Source of the DNA: Algoriphagus sp.
GTDB lineage: Bacteria > Bacteroidota > Bacteroidia > Cytophagales > Cyclobacteriaceae
Assembly: GCA_044373795.1 (NCBI GenBank)
Contig: JBILPR010000001.1
Coordinates: forward strand, 2,783-66,782
Direction of reading: 5' to 3'
DNA length: 64,000 nt
This document shows positions 20,241 through 29,980 of the stretch, piece after piece. The notes under the pieces were generated by a model, which worked only from the letters and a program-made list of their open reading frames with translations, was not told the origin of the DNA and ran no database searches. The translations under genes and the position numbers were made by a program. Every line of letters begins with the position of its first letter. Within the stretch, counting starts at the first letter, position 1.

Positions 20241-20747
20241 ATGCAAAAATCAAATCAAGCTTCAAGCCTCACTCCGGCAGCCAAAAATTACCTTGGGAAA
20301 ATGACAAGCCCCTTTATTTTTTGGTGGGCAATGCTTTTCAAACTTCCTTCTGCAGTTTTTTGGAGACTGAAAATGAAAAGCCTCAGCCCTGAAAAGTGCG
20401 AAGTCACCATCCCCTATTTTTGGCGAAGTCAAAATCCATTTAAGTCAATCTATTTCGCTGCTCTGGCAGGAGCGGCTGAACTGAGCACTGGAGCACTTTG
20501 CCAGTTAGCCATAGCAGGAAAAGGTCAATTCAGCATGCTTGTCGTTGATTTCAAAGCTGAATACCACAAGAAGGCTAACCAGAAAATAACCTTTACTTGT
20601 GATCAGGGAGCAGAACTTTTTATGTTGATCGATGGAATGAAATCGGGGGAAACAGGTCAGCTGATGATGGTCTCTACGGGTAAAAGCCCATCCGGGGAAA
20701 TTGTGGCTAAATTCTATGTGACCTGGTCCTTCAAGCGGAAGGTTTAA
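20241..20747 (+). CDS. DUF4442/hotdog-fold thioesterase-like protein
   Basis: CEVTIPY, QNPFKSIYFAALAGAAE, KAEYHKKA. Confidence 0.8.
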   Translation: MQKSNQASSLTPAAKNYLGKMTSPFIFWWAMLFKLPSAVFWRLKMKSLSPEKCEVTIPYFWRSQNPFKSIYFAALAGAAELSTGALCQLAIAGKGQFSMLVVDFKAEYHKKANQKITFTCDQGAELFMLIDGMKSGETGQLMMVSTGKSPSGEIVAKFYVTWSFKRKV

Positions 20748-21499
20748 TTGACCCAGTCTTTTTCCTGCACAATAAACTCGCTCAATCTGGCGTAAACTTT
20801 TTCCTTTGACCAGTCTAAAAACTGGTGGTGAATATTAGCCTGATTGAATCTGACGATGATTTTGTCCCAGGTATTTCTGTCAATCTGATGTTCGTCCATC
20901 AAAATCGTGCGGACAGAGTCAGAATCCACCACGGCTAAATAGCCTAGTCTCCGACTCAGAATTTCCTGCTTTGCCCGGTATTGCCGCTCTTGTCGTGCCT
21001 TTTTGGTAAAGTAGGAAATCGGCCCATAGATCGTCAATCCTCCACCCATTGATGTCCCTGTACCAACAGTGACTTCCCCTTTTTTGGAAGGTTCGGACTT
21101 TTCATTTGGATCAATCAAAGTCAGTTTCCCATCTTTGAACCGGAACGCATAAGGTTCTCCTTTCACTTCGAAAGTTGGTAACATCCTTGCCCGATCTTGA
21201 ATCTGAACCAACAGGAATCGGTCAGCACTGAGTTTTATTTTTTGATCAATGAAACCCGGAAATCTGAAAATCAAGGTATCCCCAAGAGACGCTTTTATAG
21301 AAAAGTAACCTCTGGAATTGGTCGTGGAAGTTTGCTCTTTTAGTAAGACCGAAACCTCCACTCCTTCTATATACCGCTTGTCAGTCGCGTCAAGAACATT
21401 TCCTGAATACGATGCCTGAGCAAAAATTGCTTGCGAAAAAAGGATTAGGATTCCCGTTGATAAAAGAAGAGTAATCGACTTCAGATTCATTTGAGCCAA
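20744..21499 (-). CDS. secreted protein with carboxypeptidase-regulatory-like domain
   Basis: Signal peptide; SGNVLDA..IEGVEV..TTNSRGYFSI..GDTLIFRFPGF. Confidence 0.75.
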   Translation of the reverse strand: MAQMNLKSITLLLSTGILILFSQAIFAQASYSGNVLDATDKRYIEGVEVSVLLKEQTSTTNSRGYFSIKASLGDTLIFRFPGFIDQKIKLSADRFLLVQIQDRARMLPTFEVKGEPYAFRFKDGKLTLIDPNEKSEPSKKGEVTVGTGTSMGGGLTIYGPISYFTKKARQERQYRAKQEILSRRLGYLAVVDSDSVRTILMDEHQIDRNTWDKIIVRFNQANIHHQFLDWSKEKVYARLSEFIVQEKDWVN

Positions 21500-21590
21500 A
21501 ATTACCCAGCTTTCATCAAGACAGAAAAAATATTCAGTTAAAGAAGCTTAAGGCCAAATGTAAACTTGGATAAAAAGAAACTCATCAAGA

Positions 21591-22256
21591 TTACTTGATC
21601 TCCAGAAGTTTATCAGTCCCCAAAAACTCCGGCGTCTCAGTTCTGTACCAGGTCCGATTTGCAGGAATTTTCATTCCTGCAAATTCCTTTTCACCTTCAA
21701 GATAAACGATCTCACCTTTTCCTGCTGGCTCGTCCTGGTAAAACTTGTAAGCTGCCATCTTATATGTTTCTGGCTCCAAGTAGAAATACCAAATATCCTT
21801 CTCATAGGGCACGCGGACGACTTGATAGGTTTTCCCATTCAATTCATCCAAATTCACTTTTTGGTCAATTCTGGTGTTCGGATCGGTTAGTTTCATCGGC
21901 AATCCCCATAGATAAGTATAATAATTTCTCATCCGAAGTGCCCTTTCATTCTCCACTTCTCCTTCGAAAACCTGAACCGAATCGTTCCAAACGATGTAAT
22001 TCAACCCTTTAATCCTATAAACCATTTTGGATTGGGAATTATCGAGGCTGAATTCATAAAAGCGCGAATCCTTTCCTGCCGGCAAACTGTCCTGAATCAC
22101 AAAACTGGCTTTCAACTCAGACCAAATCCCTTTCGGGTCATGATACCGGATAGATCGCTCGATGATTTCAGGTCCTGTCAAAAGTGTTTCTGAGTTTTGT
22201 TTGGTACACCCGATTGAAAAAAGAAGCAAAAGGATGAGCGATACAGAATTTCTCAT
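21591..22256 (-). CDS. DUF6503-like lipoprotein
   Basis: Lipobox SIGC; SIRYHDPKGIW, RNYYTYLWGLPMKLTDP; ATG 22256 preferred. Confidence 0.7.
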   Translation of the reverse strand: MRNSVSLILLLLFSIGCTKQNSETLLTGPEIIERSIRYHDPKGIWSELKASFVIQDSLPAGKDSRFYEFSLDNSQSKMVYRIKGLNYIVWNDSVQVFEGEVENERALRMRNYYTYLWGLPMKLTDPNTRIDQKVNLDELNGKTYQVVRVPYEKDIWYFYLEPETYKMAAYKFYQDEPAGKGEIVYLEGEKEFAGMKIPANRTWYRTETPEFLGTDKLLEIK

Positions 22257-22292
22257 GTTCGGTTTTTTTATGAATCTAGCTAATTTCACCGA

Positions 22293-23171
22293 ATGGAATT
22301 TAACCTCACCAGAATAGCGCCTACCCCAAGTGGATTTTTACACCTTGGAAATCTCTATTCATTTTTGATTACAAAAGCTCTTGCCGAAAAACATGGAGCT
22401 AAAATCCTGCTTAGAATCGATGATCTGGATCGGGAAAGATTCAGAACTGAATACGTTCAGGATATTTTTGACACGTTGGAATTCATGGAAATCAGCTATG
22501 ATCTCGGACCAAAAAATCTACATGAGTTTGACTCTGAATGGTCGCAGGATCATCGATTAAGCCTGTATGAGGAAGGTTTGGAAAAGCTCAGAGCCCACAA
22601 TATACTTTTTGCCTGTGACTGCTCGCGCAAAAAAATCCAGCAAATGGATTCATCCGGTTATTATTTAGGCCATTGCCAGGATCGCAGGATTCCGCTTGAT
22701 CGGGAAGAAGTGGCATGGAGATACAATACATTTACAGCGGATTTCATCAAAATCAAGGAATACCCGAACCAATTCAAATCTTACACGCTTCCAGAGGACA
22801 CCGCTTTTTTTGTGGTGAGAAAAAAGGACCGATTGCCGGCCTATCAGCTCACTTCAGTGATTGATGATTTGCATTATGGAGTAGACTTGATCATAAGGGG
22901 AACAGACTTATTCGGGTCCACACTTGCCCAACAATTAGTAGCAGTGTCCTTAGAAGATCCAACTTTTAAAGAAGTGACTTTCCTCCACCACAAACTCCTC
23001 AGGGGTCCAAAGAAGGAAAAACTTTCGAAGTCAGATGGCTCTACTTCCATTCAGTTCCTTCGGAAAGCAGGAAAAAAACCTACCGATGTTTATCAGATTC
23101 TTGGTGAACTCTCAGGCTCAAAAGAACCGATTGTTGATTTTGAAAGCTTCAAAAGTAACATGAGTTTTTAA
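22293..23171 (+). CDS. gluQ: glutamyl-Q tRNA(Asp) synthetase-like (truncated GluRS catalytic domain)
   Basis: RIAPTPSGFLHLGN, LRIDDLD, CDCSR, YQLTSVIDD, IIRGTDL, KLSKS; no anticodon domain. Confidence 0.78.
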   Translation: MEFNLTRIAPTPSGFLHLGNLYSFLITKALAEKHGAKILLRIDDLDRERFRTEYVQDIFDTLEFMEISYDLGPKNLHEFDSEWSQDHRLSLYEEGLEKLRAHNILFACDCSRKKIQQMDSSGYYLGHCQDRRIPLDREEVAWRYNTFTADFIKIKEYPNQFKSYTLPEDTAFFVVRKKDRLPAYQLTSVIDDLHYGVDLIIRGTDLFGSTLAQQLVAVSLEDPTFKEVTFLHHKLLRGPKKEKLSKSDGSTSIQFLRKAGKKPTDVYQILGELSGSKEPIVDFESFKSNMSF

Positions 23172-23173
23172 TG

Positions 23174-23207
23174 AAAAAAGGCCGAAGAAATCAATCTTCG
23201 GCCTTTT
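23174..23207. terminator. bidirectional intrinsic terminator
   Basis: aaaaggccgaaga...tcttcggcctttt. Confidence 0.8.
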
Positions 23208-23338
23208 CACTTTTCTTAATATTTTAGACTTAACGTATATCCTTTTTATTCCACAAAAGAGATTAAGCATCAAAGGATTAAGTAAATTTTATCAATAGAG
23301 CCACTTCGGTCATCCGTCATCGGTCTTCCAGCCTTATA

Positions 23339-24820
23339 TCACTTATATCTCGCAGGCATATTAGGAGCCACTTTTGACTTCTCGATGAATTTTCGGATGT
23401 CCTCATTCGAAGTAGCCAAATCATCAGCTCTCAGATACATCATGTGACCGCTTCGATAGCCTTTAAAGTCAATTCTGCTCTTCATTTTTCCGGCAGGATC
23501 GATTTGCCATAAGCTGTATTTTGCGTTGAAGAAATCAGTTCCTCCGTCAAAATAACCCGACTGAACCATCAGGTGCAGATAAGGATTTTGGCGCATTGCT
23601 GTACCCAAATCGTATCCCGTTGTTTCATTTGACCGATCCCATGGATTAACCGGACCAAATAGATTGTAGGTCAAATCCGTGTTGTATTTCAAGACGTTTT
23701 TTGCGTAAATATTGAATGCTGGTGCAAAAGCATGATTCCAGCTCGTCAAAGCCGGATCAAAATCATATCTATCTCCGGCATCCTGTCGATCAAAACCTTT
23801 GTATCGGCTATCCAATCGGCCAATGGTCATTCCCTGATCTCTCAGCAATTCCTTCCAAAAGAAGTTGGTTGGCACTGCTAGATTGTGATCCAATATCGAC
23901 TGTTTGCTCAAACCTGAATATCGGGCCATTTGGGTAGCAATTGCATCACGTTCGGCTTCCGGTAAGTTTCCGCCTTTCACCATTGCGGGAAGTACCTGAT
24001 TCAAGGTGTACGGTTCAACTTCCGCCAAAAGTTCATCCAGATCTTTGCTCTGCAAATCTGCCGGAAGTGCTTTGTGATACCAAGCCGTAGCAGCAAAATA
24101 TGGCAGGTAATTCGCTGTTTTCACTGGTCCGCCACGCTCAATTCCCATATCAGTAGGAGACACCAAGATGACTCCGTTGAAATACATCCAATGTGAGTTT
24201 TGAAGCTGGGCAACTAATCCAGCCACGCGTGTCGTACCGTAGCTTTCTCCGATCAAATATTTTGGCGAAGCCCAACGATTTGATCTCGTCACAAATGTAT
24301 TTACCCAATCTGCCAGGTATTTAATATCTGAATTGACTCCGAAAAAAGTCTCTCTTGGAGTTTCCGGATCGGTCTGTCTCGAATATCCAGTATTCACCGG
24401 ATCGATGTACACGATGTCTGCCACATCTAAAATTGAATGCGGATTGGCGCGAGTTCCATACGGCTGAATAGGGTAGCCTTCGTCATCGATATTCAACAAA
24501 ACCGGTCCTGTGTAAGCCAAATGCATCCAGATAGAAGCTGAACCCGGTCCTCCGTTGAAAGAAACCACCAAAGGACGATTGGCTTTGTCGCTAATATCAG
24601 TTCGCTCATAATACGTGTAGAAAAGCGAAGCAATTGGCTTTCCTTTCTCATTCCAAACTGGCTGAGTTCCGGCAGTTGCTTTGTAAGGAACTCGCTTTCC
24701 TTTGATAGTCACTTCACCTGTGGATTCCACTTTGGATTCCACCTCGATTTGCCGCTCGGTTTGGGCAAAACTTATCCCGAAGCAAAACAGCATCAGGAAA
24801 GCTAAACTTAGTTTTTTCAT
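23339..24820 (-). CDS. S10 family serine carboxypeptidase
   Basis: FNGGPGSAS, IDPVNTGYS, GESYG, SGHMMY; signal peptide from ATG 24820. Confidence 0.92.
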   Translation of the reverse strand: MKKLSLAFLMLFCFGISFAQTERQIEVESKVESTGEVTIKGKRVPYKATAGTQPVWNEKGKPIASLFYTYYERTDISDKANRPLVVSFNGGPGSASIWMHLAYTGPVLLNIDDEGYPIQPYGTRANPHSILDVADIVYIDPVNTGYSRQTDPETPRETFFGVNSDIKYLADWVNTFVTRSNRWASPKYLIGESYGTTRVAGLVAQLQNSHWMYFNGVILVSPTDMGIERGGPVKTANYLPYFAATAWYHKALPADLQSKDLDELLAEVEPYTLNQVLPAMVKGGNLPEAERDAIATQMARYSGLSKQSILDHNLAVPTNFFWKELLRDQGMTIGRLDSRYKGFDRQDAGDRYDFDPALTSWNHAFAPAFNIYAKNVLKYNTDLTYNLFGPVNPWDRSNETTGYDLGTAMRQNPYLHLMVQSGYFDGGTDFFNAKYSLWQIDPAGKMKSRIDFKGYRSGHMMYLRADDLATSNEDIRKFIEKSKVAPNMPARYK

Positions 24821-24907
24821 AAAATCAGATGGTCTTTTATTTTGGTAACAAACTAGTAAATAGGAGTTCATTCAAGGCAAATTATTACATCAATGGAGGT
24901 TTGTGAA

Positions 24908-25609
24908 TTATTTCTTTGAACCTCCTACCAGTTTGGAGATCACTACAGCAGGATACAATATTCCCAGGGTTGATAAAAAAACCGAAAGCATTTTCGCCAT
25001 CACCTGAGTAGGGACAAAATCCCCGAATCCAACGGTAGTCAATGAGACAAGGCTGAAATAAATGTAAGAAACGAAATCCTTGTCTTCACCTGTCAATTCC
25101 TTATCCCCACTGATTGAATCACCTGTTGTGATATGGATGATTTCAAGTGCGAAAGCTCCCAATATTGCAACTAATAAATAGACATTAATAGCACCGATAA
25201 TCCTGTAAATACTTATCTCATTATCTCTGAATAAAAGCCTGATGTTCAATAATATAAATACAGTCATATTAGCTACACCTACAATCCTTTCTTCCAAATA
25301 AAACTCAACAGGAAGATCACTAAATCTCAATATTCTGAGTCCAAGCTGAGCAAAGAAAAGTAAGGAGCTAAGAAGGATCAGCCTTTTGTCTTGGGAAGAC
25401 CAGATTCCGGTGAAAAATAAAAAAAGAAAAACTGAATTGACAAAAATGGATTCCACTTTTCCATAATCAATTAAGATTGGAAGAATGAACACTATAAAAA
25501 CAAGAACCACCAATAAAAGGCTGAAACTGGCATCTGTCAGCCAATATTCGGTGAATTTATTGAAGTACCTTTTAACTGGCCGTATGGGTGACTTGGTAGG
25601 TTGATCCAT
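24908..25609 (-). CDS. potassium channel family protein (pore domain)
   Basis: YFSLVSLTTVGFGD selectivity filter; multiple TM helices. Confidence 0.88.
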   Translation of the reverse strand: MDQPTKSPIRPVKRYFNKFTEYWLTDASFSLLLVVLVFIVFILPILIDYGKVESIFVNSVFLFLFFTGIWSSQDKRLILLSSLLFFAQLGLRILRFSDLPVEFYLEERIVGVANMTVFILLNIRLLFRDNEISIYRIIGAINVYLLVAILGAFALEIIHITTGDSISGDKELTGEDKDFVSYIYFSLVSLTTVGFGDFVPTQVMAKMLSVFLSTLGILYPAVVISKLVGGSKK

Positions 25610-25622
25610 ATTGGAAGAAGAT

Positions 25623-26417
25623 TCAAAATTCAATAGTTCCAGAAAGAACACTTACTGCCTGACCTCTCAAAATTACCCGATCGTCATGTTTTTCGAGATG
25701 AAGAATCCCTCCCCTCCTGCTTGCCTGGTAGGCTTTGAGTTCAAACTTGCCTGTTTTCTGATACCAATAATCCATCAAAGCGCAATGTGCAAAACCGGTA
25801 ACAGGATCTTCAGGAACCCCTACATTTGGCCCGAAAAACCGGCTGTAAATGTCAAATGGTTCTTTGCCGGGAGCCGTTATAATTATCCCTTCCTCACTGT
25901 GCGCTGCGATCAATGCAAAATCCGGAATCAAACCTTCGACATCCAGGTAATTCTCAAGTTCAAAAATCCAGTTCCTGCGCAACTGTGAGGAATGAACGAT
26001 TTTATATCCTAAAAACTCATCTCCAAAAAACGGATGTTTCTCCTCATATGTCGGAATCAAAGGAAAATCCATTTCCAACCAATCTCCGTCACTTCTAACA
26101 CGGAGTTCCCCGCTTCTGGTCTGAAACCGAACCGTTTCTCCAGGATTTGTCCAGCCTGATTTTAGCATCCAAAATGCGGAAGCAAGCGTGGCATGACCGC
26201 AAAGATCAATCTCCAGCGTCGGAGTAAACCATCGCAATCCAAAATTCCCATGCTCAGAAGTTCTTTCCACAAAAGCGGTCTCACTGAGATTCATTTCCAT
26301 TGCGATTGACTGCATTTGCTCAGCGGTCAATTTATTTTCCATTAAACAGACAGCGGCTGGGTTTCCTGCGAATGCCCTGTCGGTAAATGCATCTACGGTT
26401 GCGATGTTCAGTTTCAT
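25623..26417 (-). CDS. PhzF family epimerase/isomerase
   Basis: VDAFTDRAFAGNPAAV, NLSETAF, RWFTP, LCGHATLA, EDPVTG. Confidence 0.93.
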   Translation of the reverse strand: MKLNIATVDAFTDRAFAGNPAAVCLMENKLTAEQMQSIAMEMNLSETAFVERTSEHGNFGLRWFTPTLEIDLCGHATLASAFWMLKSGWTNPGETVRFQTRSGELRVRSDGDWLEMDFPLIPTYEEKHPFFGDEFLGYKIVHSSQLRRNWIFELENYLDVEGLIPDFALIAAHSEEGIIITAPGKEPFDIYSRFFGPNVGVPEDPVTGFAHCALMDYWYQKTGKFELKAYQASRRGGILHLEKHDDRVILRGQAVSVLSGTIEF

Positions 26418-26453
26418 TTGATTAAAATTTTTTAGTTATGGCCATATTGCCAG

Positions 26454-26472
26454 TCCCGATCTTCTTTCGGGA
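26454..26472. repeat. REP-like palindrome (TCCCGA-N7-TCGGGA)
   Basis: tcccga-tcttctt-tcggga between co-directional genes. Confidence 0.4.
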
Positions 26473-26535
26473 GAATCTCGCATGGAATGTAATCATCCCT
26501 CGATGTGTCGTTCTGGTCATCCTCGATTTCAAAGC

Positions 26536-27051
26536 TTAATATCTTTCTTTGAGAATATTCAAATGATGGATAAAATGTCCTGGAATGATCCAAAACAATG
26601 CTCGCGGTGTAACTGGATTTCCGCTTGCCGTTCCCACATTATCCAATGAACTTTCGGGAAGAGTGCGAATCAAAGTCACAAGTGCTTTCCGCTGCGCTTC
26701 AAAATCTTCCATCAAGATATCAATTGGCACGTGTCCAAATCGGGCATTGAGCACATAAGGATCCTGATCAAATCCAGGCAATGCCGATTTTTCTCCTCTG
26801 GCAAAACATAATGCCCTGAAAGTCATGATTCGTTCCGTATCGATCACATGTCCGATTACTTCTTTTGGAGTCCATTTCCCTTTCTGATAGGGAATTGAAT
26901 CCCAGCCTTCCGACTTACTACTTATAAGAGATTTGAGTTCCCGTATTTGATCGGTAATCAGATTACCGAGATTTTGATTGACAACTTGCAAAAGGTACTT
27001 ATCAAAATATGCAGCGTATTCGCCTTTGTTGGGGGGTAGAAATGTGTTCAT
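26536..27051 (-). CDS. DinB family protein
   Basis: KWTPKEVIGHVIDTER, LPGFDQD, GHFIHH; ATG 27051 preferred. Confidence 0.9.
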   Translation of the reverse strand: MNTFLPPNKGEYAAYFDKYLLQVVNQNLGNLITDQIRELKSLISSKSEGWDSIPYQKGKWTPKEVIGHVIDTERIMTFRALCFARGEKSALPGFDQDPYVLNARFGHVPIDILMEDFEAQRKALVTLIRTLPESSLDNVGTASGNPVTPRALFWIIPGHFIHHLNILKERY

Positions 27052-27117
27052 GTAAAAATTTATTTGATTCGAAGCTAATAGGATAAATTTAGGGCAAAGC
27101 TTAAAACCAATCTTCAC

Positions 27118-28464
27118 ATGTATAAAATTTTATTTACCCTGATGCTGGGAATTGCTTCTCAGAGTCTGTCTGCACAAACCACGATTGTAAGAAATCCCAT
27201 TCTTGAAAAATATGTACAAGAGGTTTCTTCAGATTCGCTGGAAAGCTACATCAAGGCGATGGCGGCCTTTCAATCCCGTCACACGCTGAATACCAATACT
27301 AAAACAGGAATGCCTGCCGCTCAGAAATATGTGCTGGACAAATTCAAATCTTTCGAAAAAGACTCCAAAGGAAGAATGAGTTCTGAAATTGAAAATTACA
27401 TCATCCCGGCTGACGCAAGGAGAATTCTGAAAGATTCTCCGGCTGCCAATGTCGTGGCTACCTTAAAAGGCACGAATCCGGCCGATACCCGAATCTTCAT
27501 TATCTCCGGACATTTGGACTCAAGAAACAAAGACGTGATGGACACTGAAGGTTTCGCTCCGGGCGCCAATGACGACGGAAGTGGCGTCGCAGCAGTGATT
27601 GAGGCAGCAAGAATATTAGCGAAAGGCGATTTTTCCGCAACCATCATGTTCGTTGCTTTCGCAGGGGAAGAAGAGGGATTGAAAGGTGCAACTTACATGG
27701 CGGACAAAGCCAAAGCTGAAGGATGGAATATCGCAGCGGTGTTGAACAATGACATTGTTGGAAACAGCAATTCATCGGAAACAAATATCAGCGACAATAC
27801 CAAAGTCCGAATCTTTTCAGAAAGCATTCCCCTTGCAGAAACAGAGCAAACGGCTCAAATCCGACGCTCCATCAATGCGGAAAACGACAGTAAATCCAGA
27901 CAATTGGCTCGCTACATCAAAGAAGTCGGCGAACGCTACGTAGATCAAATGGAAGTGAAACTTATTTACCGATCTGATCGATTTCTGAGAGGCGGAGATC
28001 AAACTCCGTTCATGAGAAATGGATTCACTGCAACCAGAATGTCTGAAATGAACGAAAACTTCTACCACCAGCATGAAAATGTCAGAGTTGAAAATGGCAT
28101 TCAATACGGAGACCTGCCAGAATTCATGGACTTTGAATACCTGAGAAAAGTATCCGCCATAAACCTTGCTTCTCTGGCTTCTTTGGCAAATAGCCCAGAT
28201 GTGCCGCAGGAAGTGAAAATTGACGTGAGAGGACTTAGCAACAAATCAATCTTGATTTGGACTGCCCCGCAAATCGGAAAAGCAAAAGGTTATTATGTAT
28301 TGTTGAGAGAGACTTCCTCTGCTGTTTGGGAGAAGAAATTCTTTACAACTGAGACTACTTTGACACTTCCTTACTCAAAGGACAACTACTTCTTTGCCGT
28401 TCAGGCAGTGTCAGAAACAGGCGAGGAAAGTCTTGCTGTAATTCCGGTTCCATTAAGCAGATAA
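27118..28464 (+). CDS. M28 family metallopeptidase with C-terminal FN3-like domain
   Basis: SGHLDS, GANDDGSG, GEEEGL, NNDIVG, GGDQTPF, YHQHE. Confidence 0.9.
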   Translation: MYKILFTLMLGIASQSLSAQTTIVRNPILEKYVQEVSSDSLESYIKAMAAFQSRHTLNTNTKTGMPAAQKYVLDKFKSFEKDSKGRMSSEIENYIIPADARRILKDSPAANVVATLKGTNPADTRIFIISGHLDSRNKDVMDTEGFAPGANDDGSGVAAVIEAARILAKGDFSATIMFVAFAGEEEGLKGATYMADKAKAEGWNIAAVLNNDIVGNSNSSETNISDNTKVRIFSESIPLAETEQTAQIRRSINAENDSKSRQLARYIKEVGERYVDQMEVKLIYRSDRFLRGGDQTPFMRNGFTATRMSEMNENFYHQHENVRVENGIQYGDLPEFMDFEYLRKVSAINLASLASLANSPDVPQEVKIDVRGLSNKSILIWTAPQIGKAKGYYVLLRETSSAVWEKKFFTTETTLTLPYSKDNYFFAVQAVSETGEESLAVIPVPLSR

Positions 28465-28560
28465 CCAATGTCCGGATGAGCTATTGAGCTGTTTGACATC
28501 ATCGGAAAAGAAGAAATCGGACTTTGGACGATTGATCAGGAACTCGGGAAGTTTTACGCA

Positions 28561-28612
28561 TAAGCCGCATCCGGCGTATGATTCAGAAAGCGGCTTAGGC
28601 CGTTTTTTTTTT
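28561..28612 (+). terminator. probable terminator-like hairpin
   Basis: taagccgc...gcggctta (21-nt loop) then T10. Confidence 0.45.
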
Positions 28613-28809
28613 CTAAAATCATAAAAATAAGACCTTCTTAGAGATTACTTTTTTTAGGTTGAAGAGGATGAAATCTCAGGAATACCCCAAAAACTATTCT
28701 TCTATAAGCTCTGTAAAAAAATTCAAGTAAAGATTGATCTAATCCAGATTCAATTCAACATAATCCATTCTGATCAATAGAATCCGTAAATTAAATTTCC
28801 TTTAACTTC

Positions 28810-29931
28810 GTGAAGAACAATCGAATCATTATGAACTTCCCTGTTTCAAAATTATTTGTGGTGGTAGCTATTTTATCTGTTACCCTCGCCTGCAACTCCA
28901 CAAAATCCAAAAATCAATCTTCGGATGAAGAAACGCTGACACTTTCAAATACGGAGGAGCCCACAGAAAAAGAACCGGGAATGGCTTGGATTCCCGGGGG
29001 AGAATTTACCATGGGAACCAATGAAGAAGACGCATACGACGCTGAAAAACCAGCTGTTGATCTGAAAGTTGGAGGATTCTGGATGGATACCCACGAAGTC
29101 ACGAATTCAGAGTACACCGCTTTCACCGAAGCAACAGGATATGTCACAATTGCAGAGAGAAAGCCTGACTGGGAAGAACTCAAACTTCAGGTTCCTCCTG
29201 GAACTCCAAAGCCACATGATTCCTTATTGGTAGCAGGATCTATGGTTTTCACGCCTCCCGCACTAGCTGTTCCGACTGATGATATTTCTCGTTGGTGGTC
29301 TTGGGTGATCGGCGCAAACTGGCGACATCCAGAAGGTCCGCAAAGTGATCTTACCGGAAGAGAAAATCACCCAGTAGTCCACATGGCTTATGATGATGCC
29401 AAAGCCTATGCGGAATGGGCAGGAAAGCGACTTCCCTCCGAAATAGAATGGGAATTTGCGGCACGAGGCGGAGTAAATGGAAAGCGGTTTGCCTGGGGGG
29501 ATGAACTTCATCCGAATGGACAATTTCTTGCAAATACCTTTCAGGGAAATTTCCCAAATGAAAATCTTGGAACCGATGGATTTGTCGGAACCTCCCCCGT
29601 CAAGACCTTTGCCCCTAATACTTTTGGGTTGTATGATATGATCGGAAATGTCTGGGAACTGACCGATGATTGGTATGACGCACTCAAATACGCAAGATTG
29701 GCTGGTCAGGCGCCAAAACTGGATGCATCCATGAACCCTTGCTACAATCCCAACAATCCTTTTGCCCAAGAGCGGGTGATCAAAGGCGGTTCCTACCTTT
29801 GCGCAGCAAACTACTGCGTCAATTACAGGCCTTCTGCCCGTCAGGGACATTCTTTTGACTCTGGGACTTCAAATGTTGGTTTCCGATGTGTCAAAAATCC
29901 TACTGCCAAAAGCCTGAGCATTAACCAATAA
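28810..29931 (+). CDS. formylglycine-generating enzyme (SUMF1/FGE) family lipoprotein
   Basis: IPGGEFTMG, HPVVHMAYDDA, RLPSEIEWE, YDMIGNVWE, KGGSYLCAANYCVNYRPSAR, NVGFRCV; lipobox TLAC. Confidence 0.92.
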   Translation: MKNNRIIMNFPVSKLFVVVAILSVTLACNSTKSKNQSSDEETLTLSNTEEPTEKEPGMAWIPGGEFTMGTNEEDAYDAEKPAVDLKVGGFWMDTHEVTNSEYTAFTEATGYVTIAERKPDWEELKLQVPPGTPKPHDSLLVAGSMVFTPPALAVPTDDISRWWSWVIGANWRHPEGPQSDLTGRENHPVVHMAYDDAKAYAEWAGKRLPSEIEWEFAARGGVNGKRFAWGDELHPNGQFLANTFQGNFPNENLGTDGFVGTSPVKTFAPNTFGLYDMIGNVWELTDDWYDALKYARLAGQAPKLDASMNPCYNPNNPFAQERVIKGGSYLCAANYCVNYRPSARQGHSFDSGTSNVGFRCVKNPTAKSLSINQ

Positions 29932-29980
29932 ATCTCTGGCAGAGTTACACTGAGTAAAATATTCCTAAACCTTCTTTCTA

